A stretch of 53,795 nt of DNA, from the UHGV virus genome UHGV-0191815; one strand, given 5' to 3'. Source of the stretch: a virus. Under the pieces are notes generated by a model. That model did not search any database and was not told where the DNA came from. It was given only the letters and a program-made list of their open reading frames with translations. The position numbers were made by a program, and so were the translations under genes. The first letter of the stretch is position 1; each line of letters begins with the position of its first letter. Below, piece by piece: positions 8,596-17,109 of the stretch.

Positions 8596-10011
8596 TTAAA
8601 AGGATGCGTTATTCTGATTGTTTCGTTGGTTAAAACGGCTTGTGCGATGATTCATTGACTGAATGCACGCTGCGGCTGCGCGCGCCTGGTCGCATGGCAA
8701 GATATTACCGTTGTCATCAAACCGCTGGTAAACAGTTCCAGACTTACCATGACGGTTTTTTGACACAATGATTTCCATATATTCGCGAGCAACAGACTGT
8801 TCGTCGTAATATCCATCGCGGTAAACCATGATGATCCTGTCGGCATCTTGCTCAAGGTTGCCAGAATCACGAAGATCAGAATTATTAGGGCGCTTGTTCG
8901 GTCGCTCCTCAACGCGGCGGGACAATTGCGCCAGCGCCAACACTGGTACACGCAATTCTTTAGCCATCATCTTTAACGACCACGACAATTGCCCTACGGC
9001 GAGATCATGACGTTCGGCCTTAGCCAGCTTCATTAACCCGATATAGTCAATCATTACCATACCCAGGTTCGGGTGATCCTGCTTCATGCGTTCCGTTGTT
9101 GCGCGTATTTCCTCAACCGTTAACTGCGACGCGTCAACGATCCACACATCAAGGTTAGCAAGTGCGCTCATACCCTGGCCGACATGCGCCCAACCTTCAT
9201 CATCAAGTTTTACCGGATTGCGCAGGCAGTCAGTTGATAAATTACCAGCGCCAGCGATAGCCCGCTCAGTCATCTGATCGAGTGACATTTCAAGCGTGAA
9301 CAGCAAAACGCCAACCCGCTGATCTTTACTGCCAGGGTAAGGGCGTTCAGCGGCTGCGCGGGCAATTGTCAGCGCCAACGCAGATTTACCAGACCCAGGG
9401 CGTCCGGCGAGAAGCACCAAATCAGTAGCGTTAATGCCGCCCAACATTTCGTCGAGTGGTTCTATACCTGTTTTGATGTTGTCAGAATTGACACCGCATT
9501 CCATGCGCTTACTTAAAACATCCGTATATTCCTGTACCGCATCGCGCAACAGAACAGGAATGATCTTGTCTTTCGTTACCTTTAATTTTGAATACCGGGA
9601 ATCAAAATCTTTCATCGTCTCTTTGACGACCTCAAGCGTCCCCGTCTCCAGTTTGTAGCGCATATCGTCGATTAGTTCCAACATCTGCCGCCGCTGGTGC
9701 TCTTCACGTAGTAACTGTGCGTATCCCTTCAGGTTGGCAGCAGACGGGCACGATCGCGCCGTTTGCATCAGCGGTACAAAGTTTTCATTGCCAATCTCAT
9801 CACCTACCAGCAATGCATCTATGAGATTTCTGTTTCTGGCTTGCGCCCGGATAACTTCAAACGCACGTTTATAGAGCGGGATCGTGAACACTTCAGGATC
9901 AAGCGTGGCGAGAACATCTTGCGCGTTAGGAGTAAGACCGCCCAACAGCAGCCCGCCGATAACTGACGCCTCACGTTCCTGCCGTAGCGAGTTTATTTGC
10001 TCAGTTACCAT
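8596..10011 (-). CDS. Replicative DNA helicase, DnaB-like
   Basis: Walker A GRPGSGKSALAL; DnaB-type N-terminal domain (SVIGGLLLG...) and RecA-like C-terminal domain (...VLALAQLSR...). Confidence 0.85.
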   Translation of the reverse strand: MVTEQINSLRQEREASVIGGLLLGGLTPNAQDVLATLDPEVFTIPLYKRAFEVIRAQARNRNLIDALLVGDEIGNENFVPLMQTARSCPSAANLKGYAQLLREEHQRRQMLELIDDMRYKLETGTLEVVKETMKDFDSRYSKLKVTKDKIIPVLLRDAVQEYTDVLSKRMECGVNSDNIKTGIEPLDEMLGGINATDLVLLAGRPGSGKSALALTIARAAAERPYPGSKDQRVGVLLFTLEMSLDQMTERAIAGAGNLSTDCLRNPVKLDDEGWAHVGQGMSALANLDVWIVDASQLTVEEIRATTERMKQDHPNLGMVMIDYIGLMKLAKAERHDLAVGQLSWSLKMMAKELRVPVLALAQLSRRVEERPNKRPNNSDLRDSGNLEQDADRIIMVYRDGYYDEQSVAREYMEIIVSKNRHGKSGTVYQRFDDNGNILPCDQARAAAACIQSMNHRTSRFNQRNNQNNASF

Positions 10012-10029
10012 TATGTTATTGCCTCCGGT

Positions 10030-11148
10030 TTACAAAATGGAAAATTCAGGGTAATAAACAAATCGCCCGATTTCACCATGATCCGGGCTGTAAATTATTA
10101 CCGCCGCCAGGCGACGCGACCTCCAGCCTCCATTAGTCGAATACGCATCCTTGCCAGCTAACGTGCCGTGGTGCTCAACAATTCCTAGTGACGTTTCAAT
10201 GACTGTTTGATGGTGCAGATGCCCAGTGTGAGCGTAAACAGCAACCGACTTCCCGAAATCTTCGCGCCAGTCAGCTACGCAAGCAGACAATAAATTTTCC
10301 GGTTTTTTGATAGTGTGCCCGTGGTGGTAAGCAAGGAATGTTTTCCCGTACTGCGTGTGGTGTACGATAGTAGGTGACACATCAACCGTCACGCGCGGTT
10401 CATCTTCGTAAAAAGCAGCCAGCGCCGCACGCAGCCAAATCATACCAGACTGGTCATGATTCCCTGATAACACCTGGATTTCCACATCCTTATGATTTAG
10501 CAACATCTTTCCGACCGCCCGCCGGACAGACCGGATCGCCACATAAACAAGTTTTGCGTAGCGCGAATCGCAATCAAGAACGTGATTGCTTGATGGCGTC
10601 ACTGGTAACAATCCGTCAGTGTGAAGCAGGTCGCCACCGAGAAGTAAGACCGCTTTTTCACTCATAGGAGCAGCGCCAACAGCATAATCAAAGAAGTCAT
10701 TTAACACGCGTTCAGCGATCCCAGTGTCGTAGCTCTCGCCACATTCAGCTTTGTGAGCAAGTGCCCCGATGTGCAGGTCAAACACCGGATAAAGTGCCAG
10801 GCTTTTTTGAAAATCAATTTCAGGCACTGACACAGCCTCCGCGCGTGGTATTTCATTCGTGAAAGCGTCGCGGGCGGCTTGCATTAGCCGTTCCATTTCG
10901 TCGCTGTCACGGGCCGTTTTAATCCAGCGCATGACCGTATTGCCAGCATTATCGACAAGAACAGATTCACCAGTAACGCTAAAACCAGGAGCGCGGCGCG
11001 TGGATATTAAACCGCGTTTTGCTAGTTTTGCGCCCAGGCGTTCGACATTGCGTTTAGACATGCCATATTTTTCAGCGATCTGTTTATACGTTAAACCGTT
11101 TTGGTATTCAGCGATTAACTGCTCATCGCTGATTTTTCTTTGCGACAT
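10030..11148 (-). CDS. HTH domain fused to calcineurin-like metallophosphoesterase
   Basis: N-terminal HTH (LTYKQIAEKYGMSKRNVERL); phosphoesterase motifs DLHIG, GDLLHTDG, GNHD, HTGHLHH; start chosen at MSQRK with RBS ggagg. Confidence 0.65.
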   Translation of the reverse strand: MSQRKISDEQLIAEYQNGLTYKQIAEKYGMSKRNVERLGAKLAKRGLISTRRAPGFSVTGESVLVDNAGNTVMRWIKTARDSDEMERLMQAARDAFTNEIPRAEAVSVPEIDFQKSLALYPVFDLHIGALAHKAECGESYDTGIAERVLNDFFDYAVGAAPMSEKAVLLLGGDLLHTDGLLPVTPSSNHVLDCDSRYAKLVYVAIRSVRRAVGKMLLNHKDVEIQVLSGNHDQSGMIWLRAALAAFYEDEPRVTVDVSPTIVHHTQYGKTFLAYHHGHTIKKPENLLSACVADWREDFGKSVAVYAHTGHLHHQTVIETSLGIVEHHGTLAGKDAYSTNGGWRSRRLAAVIIYSPDHGEIGRFVYYPEFSIL

Positions 11149-11181
11149 AATGTTAATTCCTCCAGTTAACAAAATGTATAC

Positions 11182-11924
11182 CTATTTGCACGCAAAAAGT
11201 TCAGACACCCAAAGTTGACCCTTAGCAGTAAATAGTGATTGTACATAACCAGCATCCGAACATTTTACCACTCCATAGCCTTTGTCTACGAACCACTGCT
11301 TGAACATACGCCCTCCGCGCTTAATTCGAGTATCGTACACGTCAACCTGTTCGAGTTTTTTGTTGAGTTGCGTAGCAGTCATACCCAAAGGCCTGGCAAC
11401 CTGTGTTGCGTTGCGATACTGTTTGTTTCTCACAATCGCATCACAGACAGCCGCTTTTGGCGCTAATTCCTTGTTTTCCAGCGCCAGCCGTTCAGCTTCT
11501 TTCTGTGCTAATAGTTTTTGTTCCACCTCATCAGCCCATGCGCGAGCCGCAGCAACCGGGTCAGTGAAATCCGGCAAAGCTGGTTTAAAACCGTAATGTC
11601 CATTTTCACGCAAAGCAGGGAGAACATCCTCGCACACCCAATCCTGGAAGCGCTCAGCCGATTCTATTTTTGATCGCATCACAAGGCGGTAAACATCTGA
11701 TTCATGGATTAGCGTTACGCCTTGCGGGATTGGAGCGAATCCCAAATGTTCCATTTCAGAACATTTTATTTTTATCAATGACTTACAGTGATCTTTGATA
11801 GCTTTTGTGGCGTAGCGTAACCAAGCGCCCGCGCCACATCCATTGCAACAAAAGCAGGTTTACCATCATAAATTACAGCAGTGATTTTATTGTCATCAAA
11901 ATTAAAGCACATCAACTCAGACAT
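11182..11924 (-). pseudogene. Antirepressor (Bro-N + KilAC/ANT domains) interrupted by a frameshift near 11775-11780
   Basis: Bro-N N-terminal half (MSELMCFNFDDNKITAVIYDGKPAFVAMDVARALGY) is in ORF 11775..11984; the rest (...FQDWVCEDVLPALRENGHY plus the KilAC region ATQVARPLGMTATQLNKKL) is in ORF 11182..11778 in another frame; junction lies in an A-rich run. Confidence 0.5.
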
Positions 11925-12056
11925 TGTAATTTCTCCGTAAAACGCGCTACAACGCAAAAATCCCACCGCGTAACCCGATTGCACAGGTTGCAGTGTTTTA
12001 TTGCGTCAGATGCGCTTTTAGGTGGCTAATTTTTGATTTACAGACTGATATGAAGG

Positions 12057-12158
12057 TTATGGATTGACGAGAAGGAACAAACCGCCGAACAAAGCGACGT
12101 TAACAGCGATTGCAGCAGCGATGGCAAAAGCCAGGGCGAAAACGTGTTTACCGTCCAT
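12057..12158 (-). CDS. Putative 33-aa transmembrane peptide
   Basis: MDGKHVFALAFAIAAAIAVNVALFGGLFLLVNP; short hydrophobic ORF in an otherwise non-coding gap. Confidence 0.3.
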   Translation of the reverse strand: MDGKHVFALAFAIAAAIAVNVALFGGLFLLVNP

Positions 12159-12186
12159 TTTCAAAATCCTCTCTAAAACGCTCTCT

Positions 12187-12242
12187 AGCGAGCTAAATAG
12201 CTAAAGGTATGCAAGTGTAGCACCACATGCGATTTAGCTCGC
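12187..12242. repeat. 12-bp perfect inverted repeat (agcgagctaaat ... atttagctcgct) separated by 32 bp
   Basis: Read directly from the sequence; lies between the antirepressor and the replication initiator gene. Confidence 0.5.
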
Positions 12243-12292
12243 TGGTGAGCTTGTTTTGCGGGTAATTTTTGATTTTTGCGGATCGTGGTTGG

Positions 12293-13345
12293 TCAAAGAG
12301 CGCCTGCGCGTGTATCACGTAGCGTTTTTGGTTTAAGCAGGAAATCAAGTGTCGCAGTGAAGCCATCGCCGAAGTAAAAATCTGAAGCATTGTTTTTGAA
12401 CGTTTCAAAGTAGGCGACAAAGCCGTTAATGCTTTTGTCTTTCAGGTAGTCGGTGAACGCGTAGATCTTGCGTTCAAGATCCCGATCCAGTTCGGCAGGT
12501 GGCAACAGGCCATCAAACGTGCTGTTAAATGCCTCCACTACGTCGGCAGCGTTTGCAGTGGCTGACAGGTTGCGCCATTTTTCAGCATCAGCCAGATACC
12601 CATCAAATTTAGTTACCCGGCAAATGTTAACAGGCTTAGGAGTTCCGCCACGACTACGCCATTGCGTTAAAGCCCACTCAATCACTAATGTGATCTCATC
12701 CTCTGTGTATGCTTTACGTGTTTTTGTTTCTGTCAGTAGTTCTGTAAATGGCTTGGCATCACGACATTTGCATCCTGCCTTGTCGTTGTAGAAGGCCAGG
12801 CAACGCAACGCCGCTTCGTTTATGCCATCATGACTGACTGTTTTTTGTTCACTTTCGACAATACACGTAGTGTATATATCTTTTTCTCTTTCTTCTTCTT
12901 CTTCTAATTCTAATTCATGACCCTTTCCTGACCCGGTCATGACCCTATCATGACCTTTTTGTGTTGGATTGATTAACTTTTCTAATTTTAATTGTTCCTT
13001 CGCTGTGTTTATTGCTGCCCTATATGCGCTTTTAGAAGTCATTGATTGGTCCAGCCTTTTTAATAACTTTAAACAAGTTATGTGGCCCTGAGAACATTCA
13101 AACAAACCAATTTCGATGAAGTATTTCATCATTTCTTCTATACGTTTTTCAGTCGATCCGACGTTTCGCGCAATGATTCTCGCGTCATGTCGTAGGTCAA
13201 AAGTCAGATTATGCTGATCTACGTCATAAGTTATTAGTTCGAGGCAATACCAATAAAGCCCGTACCCTTCCAGGCCATAATCTAACAAAACGTTTTGAAG
13301 TTTTTCATCGCGGTTAGCATCGCTATCGTGCTTAAACCACTTCAT
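12293..13345 (-). CDS. Replication initiation protein (replisome organiser, DUF4373-like N-terminus)
   Basis: N-terminus MKWFKHDSDANRDEKLQNVLLDYGLEGYGLYWYCLELI is typical of phage replication initiators; RBS ggagg; iterons lie inside the gene. Confidence 0.7.
   Translation of the reverse strand: MKWFKHDSDANRDEKLQNVLLDYGLEGYGLYWYCLELITYDVDQHNLTFDLRHDARIIARNVGSTEKRIEEMMKYFIEIGLFECSQGHITCLKLLKRLDQSMTSKSAYRAAINTAKEQLKLEKLINPTQKGHDRVMTGSGKGHELELEEEEEREKDIYTTCIVESEQKTVSHDGINEAALRCLAFYNDKAGCKCRDAKPFTELLTETKTRKAYTEDEITLVIEWALTQWRSRGGTPKPVNICRVTKFDGYLADAEKWRNLSATANAADVVEAFNSTFDGLLPPAELDRDLERKIYAFTDYLKDKSINGFVAYFETFKNNASDFYFGDGFTATLDFLLKPKTLRDTRAGAL
12915..12955. repeat. Candidate origin of replication: four iterons (tcatgaccc / tcctgaccc) with exact 11-bp phasing, next to a polypyrimidine/AT tract
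   Basis: Iteron starts at 12915, 12926, 12937 and 12948; flanking tract tttttctctttcttcttcttcttctaattctaatt (12875-12912); sits in the linker region of the initiator gene, as in lambda O. Confidence 0.55.
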
Positions 13346-13348
13346 AGA

Positions 13349-13603
13349 TCATTCCTCCGGCAATGCAATATCATAAATTTCGCCGTATTCGTCAGCGCGT
13401 TTAATGAATCCTTTGCGGATTAATGAGTTTAATGCGTCAACAGTAGTATGCAGTGGCAGTTCGCAGACTTTTGCGATCTCTTCGCGTGAAGCATGTGCGC
13501 GGCCCTTGTTGTCTGCCTTTTCTGCAAACGCCATTAAGACAATTTTTTGAATCGGGCTGTTAAGTTTTACGTTCCATGCTTTGCTAATCATGTTCATACT
13601 CAT
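13349..13603 (-). CDS. Small HTH DNA-binding protein, first gene of the minus-strand early operon (Cro/CII-like position)
   Basis: MSMNMISKAWNVKLNSPIQKIVLMAFAEKADNKGRAHASREEIAKVCELPLHTTVDALNSLIRKGFI; RBS aggag 9 nt upstream of this ATG; divergent from the repressor gene. Confidence 0.55.
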   Translation of the reverse strand: MSMNMISKAWNVKLNSPIQKIVLMAFAEKADNKGRAHASREEIAKVCELPLHTTVDALNSLIRKGFIKRADEYGEIYDIALPEE

Positions 13604-13909
13604 TGTGTTTTCTCCTATGGTTAAAATGAACGCGCTGGCGGGCATCCCATTATCATTAGATAGCAGTGATTGACCGCTGAACAGATCCCGCCGTTGCGTG
13701 ATATTTGTTTTTCGCATTGCAGCGACACCTGGTTTTTAAAGAGCTTTCAAGGTATGTGCCATTTGTGCTTTCCATTATCTTTTTTCTTGCATCCTTGCAA
13801 CTATGGCCTTACCTTGTCAGCAAGTTTACAGAATGTTGTTAATAGATCAAGGATTGAAAAATACATTTTGTGACTTGCATCAAAAATTTTTAGGTTATAG
13901 GGTAGCGAT
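13604..13909. promoter_or_regulatory. Divergent immunity-region control region (candidate operators and promoters for the repressor gene and the minus-strand early operon)
   Basis: About 300 bp non-coding between divergent HTH genes; contains atacattttgtgact (13861-13875), the palindromes ttgca-tcct-tgcaa and cttg-tcag-caag, and the nut-like element. Confidence 0.5.
13713..13750 (-). promoter_or_regulatory. nut-like element on the minus-strand transcript (boxA-like GCTCTTTAAAAA + hairpin CGCTGCAATGCG)
   Basis: Reverse complement reads agCTCTTTAAAAAccaggtgtCGCTGCAATGCG; near-identical to the plus-strand element at 22441-22474. Confidence 0.45.
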
Positions 13910-14557
13910 ATGAAAACAAAATGGTATGACTTGGCAAAACAACTCATGCGGGCGCAAGGCATGAGCCAGGATTCATTGGCTGATCTTATGGGGATAACCA
14001 AAGGTGGCCTTTCTCACTGGTTGAACGGTCGCCGTGAGCCGAATCTTGAAGATATTACGCGGATCATGCGGGCGCTTGGGCGTCGGCAATTCACTGTTAC
14101 TCATGATGGTATGGTCATTGATGATTCTGTTTCTAACACGTTGCCGGGAGCGCCACCGCGTGATTTAGGTAGTTACCCGGTTGTTGACTGGAAGGACGCA
14201 GCAAACAATATGGAAGACATACGCCGATCAACATTACCACACGTTACGACTAGCGTTATTTGTTCAGATGATAGTTACTGGCTGGTTGCTAAAGGTGAAT
14301 CAATGAACGCGCCGCAAGGGTTAAGCATCCCGGCGGGTACTATGATACTTGTTGACCCGCACGCGCCAGCTATTGATGGCAAACTGGTTATAGCCCAACT
14401 GGAGGAAGGGCAGACACCGACGTTTAAACAGTTGATTACTGATGGAGGCAGAAAACTTTTGCGTTCACTTAATCCGTTGTATCCTCCGATCCCTATGAAT
14501 CCAGAATCAAAAATCATTGGCGTGGTTGTTGATGCGAAGATCGTAAACCTGCCATAA
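13910..14557 (+). CDS. CI-like prophage repressor (HTH_XRE N-terminal domain + LexA-like S24 peptidase C-terminal domain)
   Basis: HTH (SQDSLADLMGITKGGLSHWLNGRR); C-terminal S24-type region (...LVAKGESMNAPQGLSIPAGTMILVD...KLVIAQLEEGQTPTFKQL) with Ser and Lys catalytic context. Confidence 0.85.
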   Translation: MKTKWYDLAKQLMRAQGMSQDSLADLMGITKGGLSHWLNGRREPNLEDITRIMRALGRRQFTVTHDGMVIDDSVSNTLPGAPPRDLGSYPVVDWKDAANNMEDIRRSTLPHVTTSVICSDDSYWLVAKGESMNAPQGLSIPAGTMILVDPHAPAIDGKLVIAQLEEGQTPTFKQLITDGGRKLLRSLNPLYPPIPMNPESKIIGVVVDAKIVNLP

Positions 14558-14562
14558 ACATT

Positions 14563-14587
14563 AGCCGCCCGGTGGCGGCTTTTCTTT
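14563..14587 (+). terminator. Terminator after the repressor gene
   Basis: Stem agccgcc / ggcggct followed by tttcttt. Confidence 0.5.
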
Positions 14588-14679
14588 GCCATAAAAACGC
14601 CAAAACGTAAACAGAAAACCGTGTTTATTGTTTAAATATCAATGGCTTATAAATTTTATAAAAAAGTATACAAAATGTG

Positions 14680-14708
14680 TTGACTGGTGTTTTTACGTGG
14701 CGTATATT
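14680..14708 (+). promoter_or_regulatory. Sigma70-type promoter for the plus-strand early operon (PL-like), with an operator-like sequence abutting the -35
   Basis: -35 TTGACT (14680-14685), 17-bp spacer, -10 TATATT (14703-14708); gTATACAAAATGTG lies at 14666-14679. Confidence 0.6.
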
Positions 14709-14962
14709 GCGAATCAAAGGAAGGATGCAGGTAACAAAATCAACTTCCTGGCACTTTAAAAATCAGGCTTAACACCTTGTCAACCGTGGAGTAACTCCCC
14801 GATGGGGGACCGAAAGCGGCACTGATAACAAGGCGCATGGGGTGTTTAAAGCGTTACATCCCCCACGAAACCGCACGCAAGGCGACGAGTCAGCTTGCTT
14901 GGAGTGAGCAGGGTCACACCGGAAACGGCGATGATTGCGGGATTAGTTGAAAGATGTTAAGC

Positions 14963-15000
14963 CATTCTTTAACAATCTGGTCAGCCGCTGGAAGTGCGGC
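14963..15000 (+). promoter_or_regulatory. nut-like site: boxA-like (cattCTTTAACAAt) followed by hairpin GCCGC-tggaagt-GCGGC
   Basis: Lies in the roughly 340-nt leader between the promoter and the first early gene; boxA resembles the rrn/lambda boxA consensus. Confidence 0.45.
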
Positions 15001-15056
15001 AATTAACGAAGATGATTTTTTATTAAGTATCATCAAGGATATAAGGAGATCAGATC

Positions 15057-15347
15057 ATGGCAGTTACAATCATGTATGGCAAATGTGACAGTAAACTGAA
15101 TGCCAGGGAACGCAGAAGAATAAAAAGAGAAAACGAAAGAAAATCATCACCTGCAATTAATAAAACAGACAATGTGGATAAAGCTATTCGCTTTGCAAAC
15201 GAGGAAAGATGCAAACCAAATAGCATTAAAGAACATCGCAAAGGAGCAACAAAATGGTATGCGGAAAGTGAAAGCGGAAACTACTTCCACGCAACGCAAC
15301 CGCGCCAGCTTGGTGAAATCCCGCTAGACAAAGTTCGATACCATTAA
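15057..15347 (+). CDS. Putative N-like transcription antiterminator (arginine-rich motif protein)
   Basis: 96 aa; N-terminal arginine-rich motif NARERRRIKRENERK; first gene after the promoter and nut-like site; RBS aaggag. Confidence 0.45.
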   Translation: MAVTIMYGKCDSKLNARERRRIKRENERKSSPAINKTDNVDKAIRFANEERCKPNSIKEHRKGATKWYAESESGNYFHATQPRQLGEIPLDKVRYH

Positions 15348-15377
15348 TACATATCGTAAACAATATGAGGTGACGTT

Positions 15378-15500
15378 ATGGTTATTAAGGCGCTTCAATT
15401 CAAACTGGCGGTAGCGGAAATGCTTCACGATGCCGAAATGTGGAGCGCCGCGAATAAAGCCTTGTATGTAGTGTTAACAGCGAAGGAGATTAAAGAGTGA
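15378..15500 (+). CDS. Hypothetical small protein (40 aa)
   Basis: MVIKALQFKLAVAEMLHDAEMWSAANKALYVVLTAKEIKE; RBS gaggtga; stop overlaps the erf GTG start. Confidence 0.4.
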   Translation: MVIKALQFKLAVAEMLHDAEMWSAANKALYVVLTAKEIKE

Positions 15501-16138
15501 AAACAGAGTTACACAAAAAGCTGTGGACGATTCAACAAACGTTGAACGCTCCGAAAAATCAGCGTAATAATTTTGGTGGGTACAATTACAGATCGGCGGA
15601 GGATATTTTGGAGGCGGTTAAGCCACTTCTTCAAAATATAACGCTGACTGTTAGCGATGAAATCGTCCTGATCGGCAATCGCTATTATGTGAAAGCCACT
15701 GCCACACTAAGCGACGGAGAAGATGAAATTGCGGTAACTGCTTACGCCAGGGAAGAAGAAAGCAAGAAGGGAATGGATGCAAGCCAGCTAACTGGCGCGA
15801 CATCAAGTTATGCTCGTAAATACGCGTTGAACGGGTTGTTCTGTATTGACGATGCGCGAGATCCTGATACTGACGCATACGCTAAGCAGACAGGCCAGCA
15901 GCCTCGCCAACAGAAAAACCCACCAAAACAACAACCACAGCAGCAGAAAGCGCCGCCAAATCCTGATGAAGTGTTAGCGCGTTTCTGTGATGCGGCAGCG
16001 AAAGCGCCGGACGCTAACAAGTTGCGCGAGATATTCGGGAAGTGCTGGAAGCTACTTCCTAAAGATTCAGAGCAGCAACAGAAAGCCAAAGACGTTTATG
16101 ATATTCGCTTAAAAGAGATTAACGGGGAGATCGGTTAA
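15497..16138 (+). CDS. erf: Erf-family single-strand annealing recombinase
   Basis: Strong collinear similarity to P22 Erf: LNAPKNQ..FGGYNYRSAEDILEAVKPLL...DEIVLIGNRYYVKATAT..DGE...REEESKKGMDASQLTGATSSYARKYALNGLFCIDDA. Confidence 0.85.
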   Translation: MKTELHKKLWTIQQTLNAPKNQRNNFGGYNYRSAEDILEAVKPLLQNITLTVSDEIVLIGNRYYVKATATLSDGEDEIAVTAYAREEESKKGMDASQLTGATSSYARKYALNGLFCIDDARDPDTDAYAKQTGQQPRQQKNPPKQQPQQQKAPPNPDEVLARFCDAAAKAPDANKLREIFGKCWKLLPKDSEQQQKAKDVYDIRLKEINGEIG

Positions 16139-16608
16139 TGAGCTTAAATTCAATCACGCTGGGCGGTAATATCGGAAATGATATGGAAGTTCGCCACACG
16201 CAAAACGGTAAAGCTATTGGTAGCTTTCCGTTAGCTGTAACGAATGGCTACGGTGATAATAAAAGGACTATGTGGATCACTTGCCTGGTATTTGGCGAGC
16301 GCGCTGAAAAAATAGCGCCACATATTCGTAAGGGTGGAAAAATAGTGGTAAGCGGTCGCCTGGATGTTCGGCAATATGACCGGAACGACGGCACGAAGGG
16401 GACTGCGGTGGAAGTGGCTGTCAATGAGTTCGAATTCATGAACGTTAACCAGCAAGGCCAGCAGCAAGGCCAACAGCAGAAAGCGCCACCGCAGCAGCAG
16501 AGTAATAACGGTGGATATAAAGAACCGCCAATGGACTTCGACGATGATATTCCATTTGCTCCTGTAGGGTTACAATATGGCAAAAGCAGGATCTACGCGC
16601 TATCTTGA
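16138..16608 (+). CDS. ssb: Single-stranded DNA-binding protein
   Basis: OB-fold N-terminal region (ITLGGNIGNDMEVRHTQNGKAIGSFPLAVTNGYGD), Gln-rich linker, acidic C-terminal tail DFDDDIPF. Confidence 0.85.
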   Translation: MSLNSITLGGNIGNDMEVRHTQNGKAIGSFPLAVTNGYGDNKRTMWITCLVFGERAEKIAPHIRKGGKIVVSGRLDVRQYDRNDGTKGTAVEVAVNEFEFMNVNQQGQQQGQQQKAPPQQQSNNGGYKEPPMDFDDDIPFAPVGLQYGKSRIYALS

Positions 16609-16870
16609 TGCGCCGCCGATTCCGCGAACAAAAGAGCAAGTTCTCAAAGAAGCCCGTGATCAAATCGATCATGGGCTTTTTTTATGCGGCACGGCAGCGG
16701 AACGGATGGCAAAAAGATTTAGTGACCTGTACGCAAAGCAAATATGGTTCGACAACTGGCAGGCAAGTTTTTATCCACTACAAAGAAAACCGGATATGCA
16801 CTGGCCTGAATATGTCGATCCACGTATGCGCAAATATCGCGGGCGTATGGGCCAGGTCATTAACGATTAA
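16577..16870 (+). CDS. Hypothetical protein (start uncertain; 5' end overlaps ssb)
   Basis: ORF continuing the operon. Confidence 0.35.
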   Translation: MAKAGSTRYLDAPPIPRTKEQVLKEARDQIDHGLFLCGTAAERMAKRFSDLYAKQIWFDNWQASFYPLQRKPDMHWPEYVDPRMRKYRGRMGQVIND

Positions 16871-17109
16871 TGAGGTATCAAATCATGATCGAGGAAAAAG
16901 AAGTTGATAAGGAAATGCCTGACACAGCAGATGACTACGTTACTTTTGATGGTGGCCTGTATGAGTTCGATACGTCGGCTGGGTGGACTGATAAGTGGCC
17001 TCTTCCTACTCGCCAGGAACTAATGGCGCGCAAATCATTCGGCGAAGATGCGGAACGCCTTGCCAATAACAAGTGGCTTAACAAGTTTATTGCGGAGGGT
17101 GGAAAATGA
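16870..17109 (+). CDS. Hypothetical protein (79 aa)
   Basis: ORF with ATGA overlap to the next gene. Confidence 0.45.
   Translation: MRYQIMIEEKEVDKEMPDTADDYVTFDGGLYEFDTSAGWTDKWPLPTRQELMARKSFGEDAERLANNKWLNKFIAEGGK

Noticed and set aside
16231-16672. Minus-strand ORFs overlapping ssb and its neighbours
   Set aside because: Antisense to the strongly supported ssb gene; Cys/Pro-rich low-complexity translations.
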